From a virus, in IMG/VR virus record IMGVR_UViG_3300033149_003379, positions 4,220 to 68,219 of that record: a stretch of DNA of 64,000 bases; one strand, written 5' to 3'. The position numbers and the translations under genes are program-made. The notes beneath the pieces were generated by a model that was not told the DNA's origin, made no database searches, and was given only the letters and a program-made list of their open reading frames with translations. Positions 38,687 to 48,809 of the stretch are shown piece after piece (within the stretch, counting starts at the first letter, position 1; each line of letters opens with the position of its first letter).

Positions 38687-38701
38687 TGGAGGTCGATATA
38701 G

Positions 38702-39085
38702 ATGGCTGCAACAGTAACTAAATATGGTTTCGTAGAAACTGCGAAGCTTATGACAGGTGTAGCTGCAACCGCGTTCAATCAGGTCGCTCTAGGTGTAGGG
38801 TCTCAGACAGAGAACACTAATATTCAGTCTCTCGCATCTGAGATTACCGACAGCGGTCTTGCAAGAGCGACTGCAGATACCGTAACTGTTGCTTCAAGTG
38901 CAACTGCAGGTGATACGTGCAAGTTCGAACACACTTGGACTGCTACAGGTTCTAAGAACGTGAAGGAGTGCGGTGTGTTGAACACTGACGACGACCTGCT
39001 TTGCTATGCCACCTTCGATAGTGCTATTCCGATGGAATCGGATGACACGCTGAAGGTTACTTGGAGTGTTCAAGTTACATCATAA
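38702..39085 (+). CDS. Virion structural protein (tail-fibre/collar base-like)
   Basis: VALGVG..LASEI..LARA..VKECGVLN..DTLKVTW. Confidence 0.6.
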   Translation: MAATVTKYGFVETAKLMTGVAATAFNQVALGVGSQTENTNIQSLASEITDSGLARATADTVTVASSATAGDTCKFEHTWTATGSKNVKECGVLNTDDDLLCYATFDSAIPMESDDTLKVTWSVQVTS

Positions 39086-39164
39086 GGAGATACAATGATA
39101 GGAGGTATTTTCATAGTATTTGAAGATACCTCCTATCGTCTCGTTATAGGTAAGGAGGACCAGA

Positions 39165-40293
39165 GTGAAGCTAATATGGTATAGTACGTCACCTCATGCA
39201 GGAGCAGGCTATGGAGTAATTACAAAGAATCTAGTCAAGAGAATGCAGGAGGACGGCCACACGGTTGATGTTTTTACCAAACATCACATGGCTGGAACCT
39301 TCATAATTGATGGAATAACTGTTAGAGAAGGAGTTGAGCTCGGCCTAGTAAATAAAGTCTTTGATGATGACGGCTACGATTTTATCTTCTCGTCAATGGA
39401 CAATTGGGTCTTAGAGAAACAGGAGCCATTTAGAAAGTGGGTCTCTCTCGTATTTATAGACACAGAGTTTCCAAATCCAAAACTGATTAATGCTACTAAA
39501 AAGGCGCTCGTTCCAGTAGCAATCACTCGACATGGTCTAGAAGCTCTGCAATATTCTGGACTGAAACCTCAGTATGCTCCATTAGGTGTAGACACCAGGA
39601 TGTTCAGACCTGATAGTGCATTACGAAGGTCCTATCGAGAAAGGCATGGTTGGAGTGATGATACCTTCGTTATAGGATTGGTCGGTATAAACTACATTAG
39701 TGATCGTAAAAACATCATAGGTACTATTAGAGCGTTCCAACGGTTCCATAATGACTATCCTAATTCAGTGTTGTATCTTCATACAGATGTGATGGGTTCA
39801 GCGACTAAGGGACATCCGTTGAAATGGGTTATACAAGCATGTGGATTCGATCCTGAAGGTCGTGGAGCAATACAGTATGTCAATCAGAGACTATATCATC
39901 AATACGAGATAGCTCATGAAAGGAGAAGGCTTCGGAATGCCATGGTTAGAGGCACAGTCTTGTGGTTGTCCGATCATAAACGCAGAAACTACCTCTGGAG
40001 CAGAATTGAACTTCGGAGGATTCCTGATACCTCAGGATGAGGATGATTTTGAATTCTCTACACTCCTCACGTGGGTCCTAAGTGTTAGGCCAAACAAGAT
40101 TTACGATGAACTAGTTAATGCATATAACGAGTGGTCCTCAGGAGAGCTCTCGAAACGTAGTGAGCGAGCTAGACAGGGAGCTCTACATTACGATTGGGAC
40201 CTAGTCTACAATCAATATTGGAGACCACTCTTGAAATATAAGTGGAAGAACTTCCAGATTATACCTCCATGTTGGATGAAAGGAGTGGAGTAA
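39165..40293 (+). pseudogene. GT-B (GT4) glycosyltransferase split across two frames (39165..40040, 39916..40293)
   Basis: N-part: GYG...PLGVD..FRP..RKN..LYLH; C-part: GEGFGMPWLEAQSCGCP. The connecting D-x-F segment is missing. Confidence 0.7.
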
Positions 40294-41123
40294 ATGGACA
40301 TCTCCTTCCATTTGACTGTGGTGTAGTATGTCCATCTAAGAAATGTGACAATATGCCTTGGTATCGATTTTTTGGAGAATCTGAGAATGTTCGTCCTCTT
40401 TTGTCAAGATTATGGCCTATAATGATGGATGAGGAGGAGAACCTTCTCGTAGATACAAGTTGTCCTGCATATCGTATGATGTCGCCGAGATTTAAGAACG
40501 AGGCGACTAGGGTATGGAAGCACCTGATGTCATATCCTAAGGTTCGTAATCATTACAAGGAGTCACTCCAAGACGGAACGATCAACATTATTGGCTGTGT
40601 ACCAATAGAAAACATCAAGCCAGAATTTGATGATGATTATTATGATTTTCTCCAGAAGTATGTCAAGACTGGTCTATCCTTAGAAGAGCGTTTTTTCAAG
40701 GAAGTTCCTGATGGAGGAGTCATTCTTGATGTTGGAGCAGGAAATGGTGATCGAGTGCGAGAACTCATACAACGTGGCTATAAGGCGATCGGATTGGAAG
40801 TTAATCCACGACTTGTAGATAATGATTTCGTGTTTCACGGAGATATCCACTCAATACCATATGAGGATAACTTCGCAGATTTAGTTATATGTGTAGATGT
40901 TCTAGAGCATGTCCAAGATCCGATGGCTGCATTAGAAGAGCTGCTCAGGGTGTCTAAGGGTGTTGTTGTGATTCAAGTCACTACCTTAGAAGACCCGTCG
41001 TTTGCGGAGGACCCGACACATGTAGTCGAATGGAATCAAGAACGATGGAAGAGAGAAATCTCTGAGTATGCATTCATAGAATATTGTGATGAGCAGTCTA
41101 CAATGATTCTAAGGAGGAAGTAA
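40242..41123 (+). CDS. Class I SAM-dependent methyltransferase
   Basis: ILDVGAGNG; DVLEHV; DPTHV. Confidence 0.85.
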   Translation: MEELPDYTSMLDERSGVNGHLLPFDCGVVCPSKKCDNMPWYRFFGESENVRPLLSRLWPIMMDEEENLLVDTSCPAYRMMSPRFKNEATRVWKHLMSYPKVRNHYKESLQDGTINIIGCVPIENIKPEFDDDYYDFLQKYVKTGLSLEERFFKEVPDGGVILDVGAGNGDRVRELIQRGYKAIGLEVNPRLVDNDFVFHGDIHSIPYEDNFADLVICVDVLEHVQDPMAALEELLRVSKGVVVIQVTTLEDPSFAEDPTHVVEWNQERWKREISEYAFIEYCDEQSTMILRRK

Positions 41124-42082
41124 TGAAGAGTGCATTGATAACTGGGATAACTGGACAGGATGGAAGCTACCTCGCAGAGTTCCTTCTAAGTAAGGGATAC
41201 GAGGTACACGGTTTGATCCGTAGGTCTGCTACAGACAATACAAAGAATATCAATCACCTATTAGGAGATATTGAGCTTCATTATGGAGACCTATTTCAAG
41301 AGCACTACCTGTGTAGCTTGATTGCGGCTCTGCAACCTGATGAAATCTATAATCTTGCTGCGCAGAGTGATGTAGGAACGAGCTTTGAGTGTCCAGAATA
41401 TACCTCTGAAGTTACTGGACTTGGAGTGTTGAGGCTGCTAGAAGCTGTTAGAGTATTCTCTCCAGAATCAAGACTCTACCAAGCTTCTACCTCTGAGATG
41501 TTTGGAGACGCAGAGCCTCCACAAGATGAGGACTCTCCTATGTGTCCTAGGAATCCATACGGAGTTGCGAAGCTCTTTGCGCATAGAATGGTCGACATTT
41601 ACAGAAAAAGTTATAATTTACATGCGTCCTGTGGGATCCTGTTCAATCATGAAAGTGAACGTAGAGGTCGAGAGTTTGTAACTCAAAAAATATGTTTTGG
41701 AGCAGCACGTATCAGCAGTGGACTGCAGAAGGAGCTCCGTTTAGGTAATCTTGATGCAGTCAGAGATTGGGGTTATGCTCCTGATTATGTTAAGGCGATG
41801 TGGCTGATGCTCCAACAACCTACGCCTGACGACTATGTGATTGGAACTGGAGAGGTCCATACAGTACGAGAGTTCGTAGAGAAGGCCTTCAATAGGTTAG
41901 GACTTGATTGGAAGGAGTATGTTATAGTTGACCCTATGTACTATAGGCCTCTTGAAACTAATTACTTGATGGCCAATACATCTAAGGCTAAAAAGGTGCT
42001 CGGATGGGCACCAGAAGTGTACCTGGATGAACTCGTGGATATCATGATACGTAATGCGATAGCGGAGGTCGGGCAGGTATGA
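41123..42082 (+). CDS. gmd: GDP-mannose 4,6-dehydratase
   Basis: ITGITGQDGSYLAE; YNLAAQS; QASTSE; PYGVAK; NHES; GNLDAVRDWG. Confidence 0.93.
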   Translation: MKSALITGITGQDGSYLAEFLLSKGYEVHGLIRRSATDNTKNINHLLGDIELHYGDLFQEHYLCSLIAALQPDEIYNLAAQSDVGTSFECPEYTSEVTGLGVLRLLEAVRVFSPESRLYQASTSEMFGDAEPPQDEDSPMCPRNPYGVAKLFAHRMVDIYRKSYNLHASCGILFNHESERRGREFVTQKICFGAARISSGLQKELRLGNLDAVRDWGYAPDYVKAMWLMLQQPTPDDYVIGTGEVHTVREFVEKAFNRLGLDWKEYVIVDPMYYRPLETNYLMANTSKAKKVLGWAPEVYLDELVDIMIRNAIAEVGQV

Positions 42083-42906
42083 GGGTATTGATAGCAATAC
42101 TTCTCATAGTAATAGTTCTAATACCTAGCCAAGTGATGGCATGGGGTCCACGGACTCATATACAGATAGCTCACGAGTTAGAGCGGACGTCAAATGACTT
42201 CCTTGCAGGTTCAGTATTGCCAGACTTTTCACTCTCACTGAGGGCACGTGGAGTGGACTATCCCAATTTGCAAAGTGTCACTCACTCGCAAGAGTTTATA
42301 GACCTTTTGCCCGAAGGCGACTTCAAAGACGGTTGGATAGCACACGTTGAGTCTGATAAGATTGAGACTGCCTATTCTAAACAAAGGATAAGCGAAGGTG
42401 CTCCGATGGGAGCGGATTATCCTGTAGATCAAGCTTATCATGTAGACCAACCTATTATCACTGAGACGCATGGAGCTATAATTGATGATATTTTAGACAA
42501 GCTAGGTATAGACCGTCCTGAAACGGACTGGCGACTAGTAAACTCAACCTATCGAGTGTATATCCGCTGTTACTGGATGGACAAGTACAAGAAGGTTCTG
42601 AATGAGTGGTACTCTGATTATCAGGAATACGTTGATAAGTCTGTGCAGGTATCTAAGGACAAGCTGGGCGATAAAGAACCTTCGCAGCACAATACTGTTA
42701 GGTCCTATTACAAGAAGCGGTGCTGTTGGTGTCACGCGGTGGTACCGGAAGGTAGGGCTGAGGCTGAGAAGCAAAAGAGAAAGTTGTGGCGAGAATACCG
42801 ACAAAGGATGAATGAAGCTGAAACGCGCAAGGAGAAAATGCAACTGTATGAGGAATGGAAGGTTGAAAGAGAGAAGTTAAGCACACCATCTATCTGTAGG
42901 ATATAA
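42079..42906 (+). CDS. Secreted zinc-dependent phospholipase C/S1-P1 nuclease-like protein
   Basis: Signal peptide followed by WGPRTH; GSVLPD; GWIAHVESD. Confidence 0.65.
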   Translation: MRVLIAILLIVIVLIPSQVMAWGPRTHIQIAHELERTSNDFLAGSVLPDFSLSLRARGVDYPNLQSVTHSQEFIDLLPEGDFKDGWIAHVESDKIETAYSKQRISEGAPMGADYPVDQAYHVDQPIITETHGAIIDDILDKLGIDRPETDWRLVNSTYRVYIRCYWMDKYKKVLNEWYSDYQEYVDKSVQVSKDKLGDKEPSQHNTVRSYYKKRCCWCHAVVPEGRAEAEKQKRKLWREYRQRMNEAETRKEKMQLYEEWKVEREKLSTPSICRI

Positions 42907-42928
42907 TTTAGATGTATGGAGACATAAA

Positions 42929-44590
42929 ATGGCAGATAAAAAGATTTCTGAACTGACAGCTAAGACAACTATCCATGATGACGACCTATTTGTCCTAGTT
43001 GACTCAGAGGCCACACCTGACGAAACGAAGAAAATTGCTGGAACCTATGTTCGTGCAGGTCGCACAGCTACCTACATAGTTGCAGCAAGTGATGCTCCTG
43101 ACCATGTGAAGGCACAGGCCGATTATGTCTGCGACGGTACTGCTGATGATGTGGAGATTCAGGCCGCGCTTGATGCTCTAGTTGGTATTGCGTATGATGG
43201 CGGGAGAGTATTGTTGTCAGAGGGAACCTACAATACCTCAGCCCCAATCGTGTGGCCAATACAAAGTGGGATTACTCTCGAAGGGCAAGGGCCAGAGAAC
43301 ACAGTACTTAAACTCACCCCTAACTCAGATTGCAATGTAATTGAGCATACAGGCGAAGGAGTATATTTCGGGACCATAAAGAGTCTGAAGATTCATGGCA
43401 ATAGGAGCAGCCAGGCATCTGGTAGTGGCATTTACATAACTGGTGATTTCAATGATGCCCGTTTTGAGGATTTGTATGTAAATTATTGTAAAGAATACGG
43501 CATGTATATCTATAATACTTGGACAACATCAATAACAAACTGTATTTCAGAGAATAATGACCTTGATGGCCTTTTCATAAGGAACGGGCCAAGTATTGTC
43601 ACTGGCGGCTTTTATTCCTACAATCGCAATGGGATAAAGATAGCGACTGCAGGTGATTTCCTAATTAGTGGAGCTACTTGCCGTAACAATAATGAAAAGG
43701 GCATACATTTGAGCGAGTCTGGGCATGGATTGATTATTGGGTGCCATACATATGGTGCGCCAGACGGAATATATATCCAGAACTCTGCCAAACTCTCTAT
43801 TATAGGCAATCAAATATACAGTAATACAGGCTCGGGTATCACCCTTCGGAGCAGTGGGACACCGTGGCCTACCGATAATGTAATCACAGACAACCTTATC
43901 TACAGTAATGATAAAGGTTTTTACCTTGTGGAGCATGAAAATGTTCCTATCTCCAGAATTGTTGTGGCAAACAACATATTTTATGATAACACTACCAATT
44001 TTAGCGTATACGATGAAGCACGTGACCTAGATACTTGGCGGATGTATAACAAATATTCTGACATCTTCATGGATGTCCTTGCTGAAGATGCAGACCATGT
44101 AGTGGCCGCCGAAGACTTGACTGCTGCTACTCCTATTACTTGTACGCTGGCAGCCCAGCCCGACGTGCCGAGGAATGTCACCATTGAGATAACCGATGCT
44201 GACACTTCGATAACCGCCTTCCAGATTACTGTCAGCGGCGTGGATGCCAAAGGCAACAGCACAAGCGAGGTCTTTGATGAATCTGGAGGCTTGACACAGA
44301 CTGGCAATGTTGCCTTTGCCACCATAAGCTCAGTGAAGGTGGATAGCATCACCGGAGTTGGAGCAGGAGACGTTCTTGATGTTGGTATCGGCTCCAAGCT
44401 GGGGCTGTCCAATGTTGTCTATGAAACAGAAGATGTCTACAAGGTCAAGAAGAACAATGCAGATTGGGCATCGGCAAACTACACGGTGAACACAACCTAT
44501 GACACCGTAGACGTTTCAACAGGCGGAGCAATAACGGGAGGCGATGACTTCACTATCTTCTACAGGAGCAACCTCAACATAATTTCGTGA
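42929..44590 (+). CDS. Tailspike/fibre with pectin-lyase-like beta-helix
   Basis: ADYVCDGTADDVEIQAAL; LSEGTY; parallel beta-helix repeats. Confidence 0.8.
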   Translation: MADKKISELTAKTTIHDDDLFVLVDSEATPDETKKIAGTYVRAGRTATYIVAASDAPDHVKAQADYVCDGTADDVEIQAALDALVGIAYDGGRVLLSEGTYNTSAPIVWPIQSGITLEGQGPENTVLKLTPNSDCNVIEHTGEGVYFGTIKSLKIHGNRSSQASGSGIYITGDFNDARFEDLYVNYCKEYGMYIYNTWTTSITNCISENNDLDGLFIRNGPSIVTGGFYSYNRNGIKIATAGDFLISGATCRNNNEKGIHLSESGHGLIIGCHTYGAPDGIYIQNSAKLSIIGNQIYSNTGSGITLRSSGTPWPTDNVITDNLIYSNDKGFYLVEHENVPISRIVVANNIFYDNTTNFSVYDEARDLDTWRMYNKYSDIFMDVLAEDADHVVAAEDLTAATPITCTLAAQPDVPRNVTIEITDADTSITAFQITVSGVDAKGNSTSEVFDESGGLTQTGNVAFATISSVKVDSITGVGAGDVLDVGIGSKLGLSNVVYETEDVYKVKKNNADWASANYTVNTTYDTVDVSTGGAITGGDDFTIFYRSNLNIIS

Positions 44591-44603
44591 ATGGAGGAAT
44601 AAG

Positions 44604-45167
44604 ATGTCGACACCGGTAGGTTCATATCAAGAAGATATAGATATAAACAATCTCCAGATTGGGACTGTCACAAGACATTTGGTGATACCTGCGGATAGCC
44701 TCGGCAAGAATCCAACCAATCCGCCAGCCGTGGCAGTCTATGGCATCTGCCAGTCATTGGAGTTTACCGTCGGTACGGACAAGGCGTACTACAAGCTTCA
44801 CGTGCCGGATGACTGGGTTGCAGGCACGGATATTACTATCCACATCCACTGGACACGGAGTTCCACCGGTGGTGATGACTCGACGAAGACGGTGAAATGG
44901 CAGGTCAAGTACCTTGCCGTAAACGGTGTTAGCGAGAACGTGAATTCCGGCGAAGCGACTCTGTCTGTGGAGGATACGTATGATTCTTCCAGTACTACTG
45001 ACCAGATTGCATACAAGACAGATGCACTTACGATTCCAAACGCCGTGATAGAGGCTGGCGACTGCATTACCTTTGAGCTAATGGCGGTGACGCTGAGTGG
45101 TACGGCATTGTCAGAACCTGCGTGCGTCGGGCTTAGTATTGATTGGACGGCTAAGCAAGTCCTGTAA
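44604..45167 (+). CDS. Putative fibre/virion protein
   Basis: Beta-rich; VPDDW; located between fibre genes. Confidence 0.55.
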   Translation: MSTPVGSYQEDIDINNLQIGTVTRHLVIPADSLGKNPTNPPAVAVYGICQSLEFTVGTDKAYYKLHVPDDWVAGTDITIHIHWTRSSTGGDDSTKTVKWQVKYLAVNGVSENVNSGEATLSVEDTYDSSSTTDQIAYKTDALTIPNAVIEAGDCITFELMAVTLSGTALSEPACVGLSIDWTAKQVL

Positions 45168-45200
45168 GGAGAACAATGATTACCTAATGGAGGATAATTA

Positions 45201-46898
45201 ATGACAGTAAAAATATCCCATCTTCTGACGGAAGATGGAGATGATCTACTGAAGGAGGACAGTAGTCTTCTAGTTTTAGAGCCAGTTGAAATTACCTCAT
45301 CAACTTTAGTCAATCTTAGAGTGTCTCCTGCGCCTTGGTATGATCGTAGTTGGGAATACCGAATTCAGCTTACACTCGATAAGGATAAAGCTGGTGGAGC
45401 TACCCTTACTGACTTTCCAATAGTAATTACTGAGAATCATATGCCTGATGCCTTTTGGAGTAATGTACGCTCAGATGGTGCTGACATTGTAGTCTGTGCT
45501 GCAGATGGAACGACGAAGCTGAAGCGGGAATTGGCTACCTTCTCTGTAGTCGACGAGAAGATGGAGCTGCATGTCAGGATACCTCGGTATTCTCATACTG
45601 CAGACACCATCATTTATCTCTACTTCGGGAATCCTGCTGGAGCTGAGGCCAATGACATTGATACGTGGGACTCTGATTTCGCGGCTGTCTGGCACATGAA
45701 CGATAGTCCTGCTGACTCAACACAGATACTGGACTCAACGGTAAATGGGAATACGGGCACGAAGGGCGCGGGAGACAGAGCACCAACAGAAGTTGATGAT
45801 GTAATTGGGAAGGGACAAAGCTTCGATGGAGTGGATGACTATATTGAATTACCTAAAGCTTTTGACTCGGTATTGACAGGGAATTACACGTTGTTGGCTG
45901 TAGCCAAGTGTGTAGGAGAGAACTCTGATGACCGTATGTACCAAAACGTTTTTGATATGCGCGGAGAGAGAGAGGTCACATTAGAAGTGAATGAGTCTCC
46001 TGACCTTAGAATAGCTCACTTTGTATATGATGGCACACCCTACAGGGCTTATGGCCCATCACAATTTGCCTATAATATGAATTACTTGATAGCAGCCACG
46101 AAATCGGGCACAACACAACTAGCGTGGAAAGACGGTGTGTCGGGGATCCCCGTTACTTCGGGAGAGCCACATTCGGGTAGTGCTAGCTCTCGAATTGGGT
46201 TGCTGTATACAGATTCAGACTCTGGTGGTGGCAACCTGCGCGGTGCGTTTCGAGGAACGATATCTGAGGCCCGTATCTCTTTCACTGCCCGCTCTCCCGA
46301 GTGGATAGAGGCGACGTATAACTGGCTTTTAGACAACAGTAATTGCTACAGTGTAGGTTCTCCGATGACTGTTGAAGATACATCATATCCACGTACATTT
46401 GAAGTGATGAGGGAGAAATTAACTTCATTGATAATTGCTCCACTGAGAGAAAGACTCATATTGCTAGCTAGGTCGTTCTCAACAGCAATAGCATTAACCT
46501 CTAATGTAGGTCGTACAATGGCGATAAATAGAAGTGTTTCTGCTTCTGAAGTAATGTCGGCTTCAATAGATAGGACGATTTCTCTTGCACGAAGATTGAC
46601 AGCATCTCTGTTACCTATTTCGAGTATCACAAGAACGATTCAATCTATGAGAGAATTCTCTTTTAGTAGTTCACTTTCTTCAACAGTCGGGAGGAATATT
46701 GCATCTGTTAGAAGAGTAGTCGCTCAAGAATCTCTACGTGTAATAGGATTGACAAGAGGAGTAGGTAGAACAATTAAAGTTTCATTCGCATTAGGCTCCT
46801 TCGTCAATAGAATCTTTAGGAAGTTTGGATACAAGACTATGACTATGAGACATCTGAGTTCTAGAATCAAGACATTCACCTTGAGACACAGAGAATAG
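45201..46898 (+). CDS. DUF2341 + LamG/ConA-domain virion protein
   Basis: WYDRSWEYR; TLTDFP; IYLYFGNP; VWHMND; SFDGVDDYI; ISEARIS..ARS. Confidence 0.8.
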   Translation: MTVKISHLLTEDGDDLLKEDSSLLVLEPVEITSSTLVNLRVSPAPWYDRSWEYRIQLTLDKDKAGGATLTDFPIVITENHMPDAFWSNVRSDGADIVVCAADGTTKLKRELATFSVVDEKMELHVRIPRYSHTADTIIYLYFGNPAGAEANDIDTWDSDFAAVWHMNDSPADSTQILDSTVNGNTGTKGAGDRAPTEVDDVIGKGQSFDGVDDYIELPKAFDSVLTGNYTLLAVAKCVGENSDDRMYQNVFDMRGEREVTLEVNESPDLRIAHFVYDGTPYRAYGPSQFAYNMNYLIAATKSGTTQLAWKDGVSGIPVTSGEPHSGSASSRIGLLYTDSDSGGGNLRGAFRGTISEARISFTARSPEWIEATYNWLLDNSNCYSVGSPMTVEDTSYPRTFEVMREKLTSLIIAPLRERLILLARSFSTAIALTSNVGRTMAINRSVSASEVMSASIDRTISLARRLTASLLPISSITRTIQSMREFSFSSSLSSTVGRNIASVRRVVAQESLRVIGLTRGVGRTIKVSFALGSFVNRIFRKFGYKTMTMRHLSSRIKTFTLRHRE

Positions 46899-46931
46899 TG
46901 TCTTCAAGCTTAGATTTATAGTATAATTAGA

Positions 46932-47270
46932 TTGAACATGGAGACAATATCTGTAAGAGAAGGCTCAACATCAGATTTAGTGTTTCAGCTTTTGGCTGAT
47001 AATGAAGCTATCGATTTGACTGGTGTGGATCATGTAGAGCTCCACATGCTGGACTCGAGAGGAAAAGCCTATAGGTATTCTTCTGATGGAAGTAACCTCG
47101 AGATATCAGTTCCAGAAAGTGGATTGGTAGCATTCACTCCAGAGAGCTCTACGTTTTATGCGATTCGTTCTCCATACAAAGTTTATGTTTTGGTGTATGA
47201 ATCACCTTCAGAGTATTATTCAGTACCAGAAGGAGAGGAGAATCAAATAGAGGTACGAAGACTTTTCTAA
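46932..47270 (+). CDS. BppU-N-like virion protein
   Basis: AIDLTG; G.VAFTP. Confidence 0.55.
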   Translation: MNMETISVREGSTSDLVFQLLADNEAIDLTGVDHVELHMLDSRGKAYRYSSDGSNLEISVPESGLVAFTPESSTFYAIRSPYKVYVLVYESPSEYYSVPEGEENQIEVRRLF

Positions 47271-48347
47271 ATGCTTAGACCAGACGCTATCTTCAAATTT
47301 GACGGAACATCGTATACGGATTTGTCTAATAATCCTAAGACAAATTCTTCGATTGACTTTATCTCTTCAACAGATGATATCTTCTATATTGGACTTAGAA
47401 GAAGATTCATCGGTTTGTATGTTACGCTATCGACACTCGGTAGCTATGATTCGATTTCATACAAATACTGGAACGGTGAGGAATGGAAGTATCTCTCTTT
47501 GTTAGATTCATATGCATTCTCTGTTTCTAAGTATCAACGATGGGTTGTTCCAACTGATTGGGAACCTCTGAACTTTACGGATACTTTCCCGCATTCTGCT
47601 ACAGCTCCAGACAATGTCGAGAGATTCTGGATAAAGATCGAAGCAGGAGGAGTGACAACTCAAGCAGTCATTAGTAAGATTCGTTGTTTACCGTATGCTA
47701 CATATGCTTCAAGTGGTGATGTGGCAGCCAAGCTCGGTCTAAATTCAGAAGATATATTTACTACCGTATCAGAGCCTCTGTCATCCTTTGATGTGGAGGA
47801 CTTCATAGTTAGAGCAGAGGACAGGATTGACTATCGTACGAGAAAATCATGGAGGTTTAACGCTGAACCAGAGGAACTTCTTGATTTCAATCTTGAAGGA
47901 GTTAGACTCCACCATAGGGACATTATAAAGGTCTTTAATGCGTACCTATGGGATGGGTCTAGTTTCGATTTACTAACTGAGGGCCGTAATCAGGATTACT
48001 TCGTTGATAATGATCGAGGTATGCTGTTCTTTACAAGGTTCTTTTTACCTCCTGCAAGATATCGATATCCTATGTATGGTATGGCGTTGGGTTCTTGGAA
48101 GGGAGAGTTTCGGTATGCAGTAAAGGTTGACTACTCTTGGGGTAGAGACCTTGAAACATCAAGAGATTTCCACATTGTTAATAATCTTGCTGCTAAGATG
48201 GCGGCCATCGAATGTTTGAGCTCGTCGAATTTCGTAGCATTGGTGCCAGAAGCTTCTGCATTAGAGGAGATTTCGCAAAGGATAGACAGGTGGGAGCGTG
48301 AGATTGAAGACCAACTTGAAAATCTCACAGCTTTGATAATAGAATAA
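47271..48347 (+). CDS. Head-tail adaptor with N-terminal beta-sandwich domain
   Basis: C-half YAS..DVA...AEDRID..T..SWR; VKVDYSWG. N-half YWNG..W. Confidence 0.65.
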   Translation: MLRPDAIFKFDGTSYTDLSNNPKTNSSIDFISSTDDIFYIGLRRRFIGLYVTLSTLGSYDSISYKYWNGEEWKYLSLLDSYAFSVSKYQRWVVPTDWEPLNFTDTFPHSATAPDNVERFWIKIEAGGVTTQAVISKIRCLPYATYASSGDVAAKLGLNSEDIFTTVSEPLSSFDVEDFIVRAEDRIDYRTRKSWRFNAEPEELLDFNLEGVRLHHRDIIKVFNAYLWDGSSFDLLTEGRNQDYFVDNDRGMLFFTRFFLPPARYRYPMYGMALGSWKGEFRYAVKVDYSWGRDLETSRDFHIVNNLAAKMAAIECLSSSNFVALVPEASALEEISQRIDRWEREIEDQLENLTALIIE

Positions 48348-48796
48348 TGGCCTACATCGCTGAATCAGTTCCACAAGAAACAATAAAGTCTCTGTTGGTT
48401 GATAATTGGGACCCTCAAGGAGGAGTAGTTCCGATGCCTCGAATAGAGATTGTGGCGTCAATTCCTTCGTCAGTTCGATTTGATATACAAAAGAGGGATT
48501 ACATTTTCATAGCTCAAGATAATGCTGGCGAGGAGATAACTTTGCGTAATACGTGTCAGCATTATGACAAGACATTCAATCTCGTATTACAGATAATGAC
48601 ATCGAATTCAAGACAGAGGTTGTACGATATAAAAAAGCAGATTCGAATCATTTGCTTCTCGAACGTACATAACTTCACAGGATGGCAAAGATTGCTCTAT
48701 AGGTCCTTTATTGAAGAAGGAGATGAGCAGCCAAAGATCTGGAAAGGGCGAGTTAGACTTACATTGGACTCAGCAAGAGTTCCAATAACTAGTTAG
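48347..48796 (+). CDS. Putative tail terminator/completion protein
   Basis: Position and size, immediately before the tail tube gene. Confidence 0.55.
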   Translation: MAYIAESVPQETIKSLLVDNWDPQGGVVPMPRIEIVASIPSSVRFDIQKRDYIFIAQDNAGEEITLRNTCQHYDKTFNLVLQIMTSNSRQRLYDIKKQIRIICFSNVHNFTGWQRLLYRSFIEEGDEQPKIWKGRVRLTLDSARVPITS

Positions 48797-48809
48797 TTGG
48801 AGGTAATAC

